Source of the DNA: Eledone cirrhosa
Lineage: Eukaryota
Direction of reading: 5' to 3'
Length of the DNA stretch: 64,000 bases
Assembly (NCBI GenBank): GCA_964016885.1
Contig: CAXHJY010000518.1
Span: forward strand, 62,001 to 126,000
How positions within the stretch are numbered: position 1 is the first letter of the stretch; the number at the start of each line of letters is the position of its first letter. Both the position numbers and the translations under genes were made by a program. The notes beneath the pieces are model-generated. The model was not told the origin of the DNA. It was given only the letters and a program-made list of their open reading frames with translations, and did no database searches. Positions 1 through 13,719 of this stretch are shown piece after piece.

Positions 1-896
1 GAGAGAAGGGGGGCCTGGCTGCATGATGTAGAGTGGGGTGGCTGACCGCGAACACTCGTGAAGTGGTGGAGGGTGAGAAGATATTAAGGAGCGAGAATTA
101 AGAGTTTGAATACGGTCCTCGAAATAATAACAAATATATTTAAAAAGAATATATAAGAGAAGAATAGGTTTAAGTAAGATCCTCGTATTTAACAAGCGAT
201 AACAAAAATACAAGATTTGTTTTGTAAAATACGACAAAAACTTCGTATTTAACAAGCAATAACAAAAAATACAAGATTTGTTTTGGAAAATACGAGAAAA
301 TACAGAATACAGGAGGATTTGTTTTGGAAATAGGATAGAATAGCGAGTAGTGAAGCAAGGATTGGAATCTAAGGATAGAAAATGCTATCGAATTGTCGGA
401 TTGGAAGGACTATGAAATTAAGCGGATTGTAGAAAGGCAAGAAAAATGTGTACATTACATTATACCGTGAAGGAAAAACAGCCACAAATTTGGTGAATGT
501 GATTACTTGTGGGGGTTATCTTATATAGATAGAGAGAGAGAAGGGGTTGGGGGTTGGCCGCATGATGTAGAGTGGGGTGGCTGACCGCGAACACTCATGA
601 AGTGGTGGAGGGGGAGAAGATATTAAGGAGCGGGAATTAAGAGTTTGAATACGGTCCTCGAAATAATAACAAATATATTTAAAAAGAATATATAAGAGAA
701 GAATAGGTTTAAGTAAGATCCTCGTATTTAACAAGCGATAACAAAAAATACAAGATTTGTTTTGGAAAATACGAGAAAATACAGAATACAGGAGGATTTG
801 TTTTGGAAATAGGATAGAATAGCGAGTAGTGAAGCAAGGATTGGAATCTGAGGATAGAAAATGCTATCGAATTGTCAGATTGGAAGGACTATGAAT
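1..896. repeat. Tandem repeat with a unit of about 535 bp (one full and one partial unit), ending in (TA)n
   Basis: The sequence at 1 (gagagaagggg...gcatgatgtagagtggggtggctgaccgcgaacactc) recurs at about 536. The first unit has an extra internal duplication of about 60 bp. Confidence 0.85.
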
Positions 897-905
897 GTGT
901 ATATA

Positions 906-939
<34 letters not shown>

Positions 940-987
940 CATATATATATATATTAATTCATATATATATATATATATATATATATA

Positions 988-3098
988 CTGTTACAAACAT
1001 ATGTGCAAAACACACCCCATTAAGAACTATAAACAAATCTAAGAGCAGAATCCCTAGAAATAGAAAAACGCTCATCAGGAAAATTAAGAGAACTAACAAA
1101 AAAATCAACAAGCTGAAATACTGTCAGCAGCAACACATCAACGTGACTGCCATTTCATCACTAGAGATTAAAAAACATAACCTCCAAAACAACATGATGT
1201 CTATCATCAACAATCAGAGAAGAGCTGAAGAGGCCTGGGCCATTGAGAAGATCAAACTCAATCCCAAAGTGTTCTTTTCATTTGCAAAAAAACACAAAAT
1301 CACTGGCTCTACTGTTGGCTCTCTAATTGATGAAAATGGCACTCTTCAAGACAATGCTAAAACCATGGGTGAGATACTGCAGAAACAATACTGCTCTGTT
1401 TTCAGCAATCCTGATATGGCCGATCTGGGCTGTATCGGCGATGTTACTCCCCATTACACCTTATCGGACATAACGTTTGGCGCCCCTGATGTCTTAGCGG
1501 CAATAAAGGAAATCAAGCATAATTCAGCAGTAGGTCCCGATAGGTTCCCTGCTTGTGTCTTGAAGGCGTGTCAACACCAACTTGCATCTCCTCTTGCCAA
1601 TCTGTGGCGGAACTCACTGGATGCTGGATATGTGCCAGAAAACTTTCTATCCCAGTCTGTTGTCCCAGTTTTCAAAAAAGGAAACAAATCCCTTGCCGTG
1701 AATTACCGTCCAATCTCACTCACCTCTCATATCATTAAGGTATTTGAGAGAGTGGTGAGATCGCAAATGACTCACTTCCGTAATGGAAGGGATTGCCTGA
1801 CGCAGCTACTGCATTACTTTGATGACATTTTGAGAGCCTTGGGAGAGGGTTCCAACACTGATGTTATCTACCTTGATTTCAGCAAGGCTTTTGACAGGGT
1901 TGATCACAACATTCTACTGAGAAAGCTGTCCAATATTGGTGTCACTGGAAAGCTGCTGCAGTGGATCAAGAGCTTCCTGTCAAACAGAACCCAACATGTT
2001 GTAGTCGAAGGAGTCAAATCCAGCCCAGCCAAAGTCAGTAGTGGGGTCCCACAAGGCACTGTGTTGGGCCCACTTCTCTTCATCATCTATATTAATGACA
2101 TCACTGACATCATCAAACACAGCAACATTAGAATTTTCGCTGATGATTCCAAGCTCCAAAAGGTCATCAATGGCGTGGATGACCGGATAAGCCTTCAGTC
2201 AGACCTACTGGCTGTTACCCAATGGGCGGAAAAGAACAACATGTTACTGAACGAAGAGAAATTCGAACTGATCCACTTTAGAAAAGAGGATGCTCTGAAA
2301 CTCCCGTACTCCCTTCCCTCCGGTGAAACTCTCGTGGCATCTAACAACATCAGAGACTTGGGAGTAACCGTGGACAGCAACATAAGCTGGGCCACGCATA
2401 TAAGCAGCAAAGTTGACATGGCCCGCAGAATGTGTTCCTGGATCCTCAGAACCTTCCAGTCGAGAGATTCCCACACCATTATCATTCTCTTCTCCACTTT
2501 TGTCCGACCACACCTTGAATACTGTTGTCCACTGTGGTCTCCCCACACGAAACAAAGTATCATGAAACTTGAAGCTCTCCAAAGGGAAATCATGAAAAAG
2601 ATAGATGGCATGTCAGACCTTGACTACTGAGGTCGACTAGAAAAGCTGAAACTTTACTCACTCCAACGTCTCCATGAGCGTTATATTATCTGCATGATGT
2701 GGAAAATGTTTCATCAGCACTGCCCAAATGATGTTGGCATCACCTTCAAAATACACCCAAGCCTTGGGCCCCGTGCTGTCCGTCCCAAACAAAAATCTAA
2801 ATCGCAACTCATAACAACAGTATGGCACAATTATTTCACCTTAATTGGCCCTGCTCTCTTCAACATCACACCAGGACACAACAAAACAGAAACTGACCAC
2901 ACAAAATTCAACAAGTCTTTGGACAAATTCCTCCAAGTAATCCCGGACAAACCACCCACACCCGGATATGTCTCCGCAAACAGTAATTCTCTTCTCGAAT
3001 GGGCCATGGTGCCCAAATCCTGAATTGAAAGACTTCGCCAGGTGGTGCTAATAAGTTAGACATTGCCTGGGCCAATACTGGCCAAATCATTTCAAAGT

Positions 3099-3100
<2 letters not shown>
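988..3100 (+). mobile_element. 5'-truncated CR1/L2-group LINE copy (family A) with a pseudogenised RT
   Basis: Near-identical to the 3' part of 25800-27960. RT motifs are [27 protein letters not shown] and FADD. It has an in-frame 42-nt deletion near 1776, a W-to-TGA stop at 2628-2630, and the tail TTCAAAGTTA running into (TA)n. The N-terminus of ORF 861 is microsatellite. Confidence 0.93.
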
Positions 3101-4993
<1,893 letters not shown>

Positions 4994-4994
4994 A

Positions 4995-5205
4995 CCAGCC
5001 AGACAGTCCACGCTGTAATGTGGCCGTGTAGGCAACACGGTAAAAACCTCCCAGCCCCACACTGTAAATGTGGTTGGTGTTAGGAAGGGCATCCAACTGT
5101 AGAAAACCCGCCAGACAGTCCTATGCAAGCAAGACAACCACTCTTGCCTCAAGTGGGAAAACCCCCGTCCAAACCCATGCAAGCGTGGAACACGGACGCT
5201 AAACC

Positions 5206-5247
<42 letters not shown>
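4995..5247 (+). mobile_element. 3' tip of RTE family B (or an RTE-tailed SINE) with a (GAT)n tail
   Basis: Matches 8180-8398 (ggttggtgttaggaagggcatcc...acggacg) and is followed by (GAT)n, then (TA)n. Confidence 0.85.
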
Positions 5248-5248
<1 letters not shown>

Positions 5249-5267
5249 ATATATATGTATATATATG

Positions 5268-5320
<53 letters not shown>

Positions 5321-5321
5321 G

Positions 5322-5353
<32 letters not shown>

Positions 5354-5371
5354 TATGTATATGTATATATG

Positions 5372-5423
<52 letters not shown>

Positions 5424-5447
5424 TATGTATATTTGTGTATATATATA

Positions 5448-5488
<41 letters not shown>

Positions 5489-5503
5489 TTGTGTATATAT
5501 ATA

Positions 5504-5544
<41 letters not shown>

Positions 5545-5729
5545 GTGTACATATATATATATATATATGTATATATATATGTATATATATATATGTATAT
5601 ATATATATGTGTACATATATATGTATATATATATATGTATATATATATATGTGTACATATATATGTATATATATATGTATATATATATGTATATATATAT
5701 ATGTGTATATATATATATGTATATATATA

Positions 5730-5772
<43 letters not shown>

Positions 5773-5859
5773 GTATATATATATGTATATATATGTATAT
5801 ATATGTATATATATGTATATATATGTGTACATATATATATATGTATATATATGTATATA

Positions 5860-5904
<45 letters not shown>

Positions 5905-5967
5905 GTATATATATATATGTATATATATATGTATATATATATGTATATATATATATGTATATATATA

Positions 5968-6012
<45 letters not shown>

Positions 6013-6032
6013 GTATATATATGTATATATAT
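5248..6032. repeat. Degenerate (TA)n array
   Basis: Read directly from the sequence. Confidence 0.95.
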
Positions 6033-6374
6033 GGAGGCACATGGCTTAGTAGTTAGAGCATTGGCCTTGCAATCGAAAGGTTGTGAGTTCAATTCTCAGA
6101 CCGGGTGATGTGTTGTTTCCTTGAGCAAGAGACTTTATTTCACATTGCTCCAGTTTACTCAGCTGTAGAAATGAGATGATAGGGACTGGGGTCCCTATCA
6201 TTCCACTGCAAAGTGGTCGTGGAGGTGCCACGGCAAAAAGCACCCAGCACTCACTGTAAATGAGGTTGGTGTTAGGAAGGGCATCCAGCTGTAGAAATCA
6301 TGCCAGAATCAGTTCCCGTCCCACCCTTGCAAGCAGGGAAAAGCGGACGTAAAATGAAATGATGATGATGATGA
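6033..6374 (+). mobile_element. tRNA-derived SINE with an RTE-derived 3' tail
   Basis: Pol III A-box TGGCTTAGTAG (about 6042) and B-box GAGTTCAATTC (about 6085). It has a central ccttgagcaagagactttatttcac domain. The 3' part gtggaggtgccacggcaaaaagcacccagcactcactgtaaatgaggttgg matches the RTE 3' UTR at 50115-50250. It ends in (GAT)n and is flanked by (TA)n. Confidence 0.88.
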
Positions 6375-6606
6375 TATATATGTATATATATATATGTATA
6401 TATATATGTGTATATATATATGTGTATATATATATGTGTATATATATATGTATATATATATATGTATATATATATATGTATATATATATATGTATATATA
6501 TATGTATATATATATATGTATATATATATATGTATATATATATATGTATATATATATGTATGTATGTATATATGTATGTATGTATGTATGTATATATATA
6601 TGTATG

Positions 6607-6643
<37 letters not shown>

Positions 6644-6702
6644 GTATGTATGTATATATATATGTATGTATATATATATGTATGTATATATATATATGAA
6701 TG

Positions 6703-6731
<29 letters not shown>

Positions 6732-6734
<3 letters not shown>

Positions 6735-7510
6735 ACTTTGAATAACTTTGAAATGTTTTGGCCAGTATTGGCCCAGGCCATGTCTAACTTAATAGCACCA
6801 CCTGGCGAAGTCTTTCAATTCAGGATTTGGGCACCATGGCCCATTCGAGAAGAGAATTACTGTTTGCGGAGACATATCCGGGTGTGGGTGGTTTGTCCGT
6901 GATTACTTGGAGTAATTTTTCCAAAGACTTCTTGAATTTTGTGTGGTCAGTTTATGTTTTGACGTGTCCTGGTGTGATGTTGAAGAGAGCAGGGCCGATT
7001 GAGGTGAAATAATTGTGCCGTATTGTTGTTATGAGTTGCGATTTAGATTTTTGAATGGGACGGATAGCACGGGGCCCAAGCCTTGGGTGTATCTTGAAGG
7101 CGATGCCAACATCATTTGGGCAGTGATGATGGAACATTTTCCACATCATGCAGATAATATAACGCTCACGGCGACGTTGGAGTGAGTAAAGTTTCAGGTT
7201 TTCCAATCGACCCCAGTAGTCAAGGTCTGACATGCCATCTATCTTTTTCGTGATTGCCCTTTGAGGAGCTTCAAGTTTCATGATACTTTGTTTCGTGTGG
7301 GGAGACCACAGTGGACAACAGTATTCAAGGTGTGGTCGGGCGAAAGTAGAGAAGAGAAGGATAATGGTGCGGGAATCTCTCGACTGGAAGGTTCTGAGGA
7401 TCCAGGAACACATTCTGCGGGCCATGTCAACTTTGCTGCTTATATGCGTGGTCCAGCTTATGTTGCTGTCCACGGTTACTCCCAAGTCTCTGATGTGTAG
7501 ATGTCTCTGA
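6732..7510 (-). mobile_element. Short 3' fragment of LINE family A
   Basis: Near-identical to 25800-26560, with the tail (TTCAAAGTTA)x2 running into (TA)n. Confidence 0.92.
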
Positions 7511-7562
7511 TATATATATATATATATATATCTGTATATATATATATATGTATATATATATG

Positions 7563-7651
<89 letters not shown>

Positions 7652-7682
7652 GTATATATGTATATATATATATGTATATATG

Positions 7683-7715
<33 letters not shown>

Positions 7716-7762
7716 ATATATGTATGTATGTATATATATGTATGTATGTATATATATATATG

Positions 7763-7812
<50 letters not shown>

Positions 7813-7834
7813 TGTATATGTATATATATGTATA

Positions 7835-8398
7835 TCGTGATGCGCATGAAAGTCGATAGCTGTATTACAAAGTGCAGGGCAATAAAGATAGACGGTAGCC
7901 ACGGAATAGGCAGACCTAGAAAAACATGGGATGAGCTGATAAACTCCGACCTCACACACTTACACCTCTCCAAGACAATGTCACTGGACCGTGACCTTTG
8001 GCGGTACTCAGTAACAGAGAAGACCCGCCTTGCCAGTAGGCATCTCTAACAAACTACACCCCGTCCCGCCACCACCCCCACCCCATCCACACCACCCCGT
8101 TCCATGTAAAGTTATGTTGGTGCCGCGCCATCCAGGCCGAAACAAACGAGATCGTGTAGGTGTCACGACAAAAAAACACACAGTCCACGCTGTAATGTGG
8201 CCGTGTAGGCAACACGGTAAAAACCTCCCAGACCCACACTGTAAATGTGGTTGGTGTTAGGAAGGGCATCCAACTGTAGAAAACCTGCCAGACAGTCCTA
8301 TGCGAGCAAGACAATCACTCTTGCCTCAAGTGGGACTACCCCCGTCCAAACCCATGCAAGCGTGGAACACGGACGTTAAACGTTGATGATGATGATGA
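7835..8398 (+). mobile_element. RTE family B 3' fragment
   Basis: Encodes the RTE C-terminus ([15 protein letters not shown]...GRPRKTW), then the 3' UTR and a (GAT)n tail. Confidence 0.88.
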
Positions 8399-8411
8399 TA
8401 TATATACATAT

Positions 8412-9215
8412 GTACGAACAGCAATGTTGCATGGCAGTGAGACCTGGGCATTGTGTGCAGAGGATATACGCAGACTAGAGAGGAACGAAGCTTGCATGCT
8501 CCGCTGGATGTGTAACAGTAATATACGTGAATGGCAAAGCATAAACGAACTAAGGAAAAAATTAGAGATAAGAGGGATCAGATGTTGTTTACTCGAGAGA
8601 AGGCTACGTTGGTATGGACACATGATGCGCATGAAAGTCGATAGCTGTATAACAAAGTGCAGGGCAATAAAGATAGACGGTAGCCACGGAATAGGCAGAC
8701 CTAGAAAAACCTGGGACGAGCTGATAAACTCCGACCTCACACACTTACACCTCTCCAAGACAATGTCACTGGACCGAGACCTTTGGCGGTACTCAGTAAC
8801 AGAGAAGACCCACCTTACCTAAATATATAGTAAAACCTACTCCAGCCAGTAGGCATCTCTAACAAAATAAACCCCGTCCCACCACCACCACCCCCACCCC
8901 ATCCACACCACCCCGTTCTATGTAAAGTTATGTTGGTGCCGCGCCATCCAGGCTGAAACAAATGAGATCGTGTAGGTGTCACGACAAAAAAACACACAGT
9001 CCACGCTGTAATGTGGCCGTATTGGCAACACGGTAAAAACCTCCCAGACCCACACTGTAAATGTGGTTGGTGTTAGGCAGGGCATCCAACTGTAGAAAAC
9101 CTGCCAGACAGTCCTATGCGAGCAAGACAATCTCTCTTGCCTCAAGTGGGACTACCCCCGTCCAAACCCATGCAAGCGTGGAACACGGACGTTAAACGTT
9201 GATGATGATGATGAT
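8412..9215 (+). mobile_element. RTE family B 3' fragment
   Basis: ORF 8424-8822 (MLHGSETW...RRLRWYGHMMRM...GRPRKTW), followed by the 3' UTR and a (GAT)n tail. Confidence 0.9.
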
Positions 9216-9240
9216 GTATATTTCTGTATGTATATATATG

Positions 9241-9301
<61 letters not shown>

Positions 9302-9326
9302 GTATATTTCTGTATGTATATATATG

Positions 9327-9471
<145 letters not shown>

Positions 9472-9632
9472 GTATATATATATATGTATATATATATATA
9501 TGTATATATATGTATGTATATGTATGTATGTATATCTATGTATATGTATGTATATATATGTATGTATATGTATGTATATATATGTATGTATATGTATGTA
9601 TATATATATGTATATATATATATATATATATA

Positions 9633-10095
9633 TTTATTAAAATAACAGATTAAAGTTTAAGCAAAGAATCGCTGCTTTCACCCTTAACGGGATCTTCTGA
9701 AACTAACAAACTCAATCTGTAAACGCAGAACTGGATATTTCAAAAAACGTTGCAACCGGAGGAAGACAGGAAGACGATGCTTTGGTTCGTGGAAACGTTC
9801 CCTGGCAAAGAATAGGAAAAAACAAATATAATACGTCATTAATAGGAGCGGTGAAAAACAATTACGCGCAAAGACAGAACCACGTTTATGGTATAAAAGA
9901 GGTCGTAGACTAATGTTCTCTTAGGTGGTGCATAGAGACGTTCTCTGGCAATGAACGAGAAAAACGAAGATAATACGTCATATATGGAGCGTGGAGAACA
10001 ATAGCACGCAAAGACAAAACCACGTAAATGGTATAGCAGAAATCGTAGACTAAAATTCTAACAAGGAGACCGAATGAATCTCCGCTACAGAGTTA
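9633..10095. mobile_element. Truncated copy of the PLE-associated segment at 38811-39265
   Basis: Near-identical to 38811-39265 and contains an internal duplication of about 118 bp. Confidence 0.75.
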
Positions 10096-10118
10096 GGAAC
10101 AAAGTAAATAAATACAAT

Positions 10119-10158
10119 ACAGAAGTAATAGAAATAAATTTATTTCTATTACTTCTGT
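10119..10158. repeat. Perfect 40-bp palindrome
   Basis: ACAGAAGTAATAGAAATAAA|TTTATTTCTATTACTTCTGT. Confidence 0.95.
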
Positions 10159-10219
10159 CCTTATATATTTGATATATATTTATCCTTATCGAGCCCTCTT
10201 TGGATTTTAGTCTTCAAAT

Positions 10220-10278
<59 letters not shown>

Positions 10279-10361
10279 CATACATATATATATATTCATA
10301 TATATATATGTGTGTATATATATATATACATATATATATTAATTCATATATATATATATAA

Positions 10362-10400
<39 letters not shown>

Positions 10401-10425
10401 GTATATATATATATGTATATATATA

Positions 10426-10458
<33 letters not shown>

Positions 10459-10546
10459 ATATATCTGTATATATCTATATATATATCTATATATATATAT
10501 ATATATATATCTGTATATATCTATCTATATATATATCTATATATAT

Positions 10547-10608
<62 letters not shown>

Positions 10609-10703
10609 ATATATGTATATATATATATATGTGTGTATATATGTATATATAGATATATATATGTATATATATATGTATATATATTTATGTATATATATAT
10701 GTA

Positions 10704-12604
10704 TTCTAAGGCGGGTAAAATTCCCGAGATCCATGGACGAGTTCTCTCCAGCGTTCTCTGTCCCTCATTATCGCTGCCATGTCCTGCGTCTCCAACAGAC
10801 CAGTGTCTGTCCTTAGGGCATCAACATACGTTAACCTTGGTCTTCCTCTTCTAGTGTGTCCATGTAGGGGCTCCCAAAGGAGCACTGAGTGCAATGTCAA
10901 CTCTGGATTTCGGTGAGCATGTCCAGCTAACCTCAGTCTCCTCTGTGTCACTTTTGAGCTGACTTTTGGGATGCTCCCATACAGCTCTGAGTTTTTCATC
11001 CTCAGTGTATACTGATTAATGTTCAGAGCGATCCTCAGCATTCTCGTGTAGCACCCATCCACCACATGAGTGAATTTCTTGCTGTGTCCAAGTCTCAGAC
11101 CCATACAGCAGCACAGACTCCACTACAGCAATGAAGAGGCGGATTTTCAGGTCTCTACGAAGGTTCGACTTCCACACCAATCTCAAGCTGTGGCACACCG
11201 CCCAGGCCTTGCTCTTCCTCTCAACCACATCATCTTCCGTATTCCCAATCTTTGCTCCCAAATACAGGAAGCCCTCAACCAATTCTAGCGGCTTCCCACC
11301 TACATTAGTGATCCCCTCTGGCTTCTCAACATTCTCTACCAGATATTTTGTTTTAGTCTCATTCATTCTCAGCCCCACACTCATCGACCCAGTCTCAACC
11401 TCCCGCATCAAATCCTCTGCCTCCTTCACTGTATTTGTCACCAAAACTATGTCGTCGGCAAATTCAGCATCTGATACCTTTTTCGCCCTAACTCTCCTGC
11501 TCTGAGCTGGTACTACAGTAAAGCCAGAGTCCTGGTGTTTCTCCAGTGCAAGGCGCATACAATAGTCCACTACAATGATAAAAAGGTAGGGAGCCAATGT
11601 ATCTCCCTGGAGCACTCCAGCCATATCTCAAAGAACTCTGTCATTCCATCAGGTGTAATGACTTGGGATTTGGTGTTGGTGTAGAGCAGTGATATCAGGT
11701 CCACTATCCTCTTGGGGATTCCATAAGCCTGTAAGATCTTCATCAGGCAGTAATGGTCCACAGAATCAAAGGCCTTCCTAAAGTCAATGAAAACCATGAC
11801 CGCAGGAAGGCACTTTGCTCTAGCTCCCTCTAATATCCTCCTCAGCATCAGGATGTGACTGGTGGTTGATCTACCCTCTCTCAAGCCGTTCTGGTTGTCC
11901 CTGAGCTTCTTCTCCATCTCAGGCTGGATCCTGTTGAGGGTCCTTGCCACAAGTGACGTCAGTGAGATCCCCCTGTAGTTGTTGGTGTTAGAGAGATCTC
12001 CCTTCTTTGGCACTGGGACGATGTTACTGATCCTCCACTGATTCGGGGCAACTCCTTTCTCCAGTGCCCTGTTACAGAACCCCAGGATGATATCATCAAA
12101 ATCACACCTCTTCATGACCTCTGATGCCACTCCATCTTCTCCACGAACCTTGCCCTCCTTGATCCTCTTCTTGGCTCTCTGAAGCTCCTCTCTGGTGAAG
12201 GGCTCTGTCTCAACATCCAGTTCCTCAAACAGCCGCCTGATCTCCCCAGCGCTCTGGGCTGTGGAAGGTGGCTCTCCTAGTAGGGTCCTAAAATGGTCTA
12301 GCCATTTCCTTTTTCTATCCTCGGGCCCCGTTCCCTGGATCTGACTCGAACACATTCTCTTCCTCCCTGTGATCTCGTTGATGATCATCCAGCTCTCCTT
12401 ACATCCAGATCTGTCAACCGCTCCCTCCACACTTCTGATCTTCTCTAACAGTGCCTCCTCTCTGACCTCAGTGTAAGCAGTACAGAGCTCCTCCCTCATC
12501 ACCTCCACAGTCTCCATCCTCTCCTCCGTAGGATCAGCATAGAATTGGTTCTTGGCAGCTTTCAGGTGTTCTCTGGCTGCACACACTTTTGGGTTTGCAG
12601 AGCT
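10704..12604 (-). mobile_element. 5'-truncated, frameshifted RTE/RTE-X-like LINE (a third LINE family)
   Basis: Split ORFs 11570-12600, 11016-11624 and 10706-11104 carry NYRGISLTS, FIDFRKAFDS, GVLQGDTLAPYLF, FADD, LLYGSETW and RRLRLAGH..GRP. Both ends lie in (TA)n. Confidence 0.9.
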
Positions 12605-12680
12605 GATATATATATGTATATATATATGTAAGTATGTATGTATACGTACATACATATATGTATACAGATGTACAGTAGCA

Positions 12681-12714
<34 letters not shown>

Positions 12715-12871
12715 CATACAGGTACACATACATATATGTACGTATCAGTTTAGCGGACGCTTATTATAACGCCCGCTTTGTTCGTTTGTAAACAAACTGA
12801 ACAGCCTGAATTTATGCCGTACGGTGTTAAGGCAACCACGTCACCTTTTTGTTCAACACTGACACAGGAAT

Positions 12872-12910
12872 GATGTACTAGTTTCAAGCTTGTTAGCTAT
12901 CATCAGCACC
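12872..12910 (-). ncRNA. Minimal type I hammerhead ribozyme
   Basis: Minus strand reads GGTG CTGATGA TAGCT-aaca-AGCTT GAAA CTAG TA CATC. Helix III is the palindrome ACTAGT and the cleavage triplet is GUA. Confidence 0.85.
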
Positions 12911-13144
12911 GTATACCCTTCTGCCAGATGGTTGAACGTTCGAAAGTATATACTTTCCTTATGAAAATTAACGGCTGAGCAGCCTAATTTGCATATCGAG
13001 TGAGTTCGGCCAGGCGTACCGAAAACAATAAGTTGTAATAAAATGAAAACGAAATTTCATTTCTCACTCTTAGTACGGCACTTACTTAAATGTAAGTATG
13101 TATGTATACGTACATACATATATGTATACAGACGTACAGTAGCA

Positions 13145-13180
<36 letters not shown>

Positions 13181-13333
13181 CAGGTACACAGACATATATG
13201 TACGTATCAGTTTAGCGGACGCTTATTATAACGCCCGCTTTGTTCGTTTGTAAACAAACTGAAAAGCCTTAATTTATGCCGTACGGTGTTAAGGCAACCA
13301 TGTCACCTTTTTGTTCAACACTGACACAGGAAC

Positions 13334-13371
13334 GATGTACTAGTTTCAAGCTTGTTAGCTATCATCAGCAC
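13334..13371 (-). ncRNA. Minimal type I hammerhead ribozyme (second copy)
   Basis: Same core as 12872-12910. Confidence 0.82.
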
Positions 13372-13679
13372 TGTATACCCTTCTGCCAGATGGTTGAATG
13401 TGTCAGTGTTGAACAAAAAGGTGACGTGGTTGCCTACCGATGCGCTGAATGAGTGTGACTTTTTAGTCCAGCCAGCGACTTGAAAACTCTCGTACAAACA
13501 CTACACTTGTGACAATTATTGACATATAGTGCTGGGTCCATGGTACCATGTGACGACAAATGCAGAGAGGTCTCCAGATATAAAGCAATGCCTGTGCCGT
13601 GAAGCTTTTATAGTGAGCAAAGGCACTGCACAAAGCCAGTCCCACTCTCTTAACCTAACCAAGATGATATTTACATCAT

Positions 13680-13717
<38 letters not shown>

Positions 13718-13719
13718 TG

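Larger units (their letters stand above)
12626..13440 (-). repeat. Non-coding tandem unit of about 462 bp with a hammerhead in each copy (retrozyme/PLE-LTR-like)
   Basis: 12626-12938 recurs at 13090-13398. Confidence 0.8.

Noticed and set aside
6033-6105. Possible tRNA gene
   Set aside because: It has A/B boxes but no clean cloverleaf, and it continues into a SINE body and RTE tail.
9664-9705. Hammerhead-like CAGAAGA-TCCC..GGG-TGAAA on the minus strand (also at about 38845-38880)
   Set aside because: The core is altered and no helix III, cleavage triplet or helix I could be built, so it is not called.
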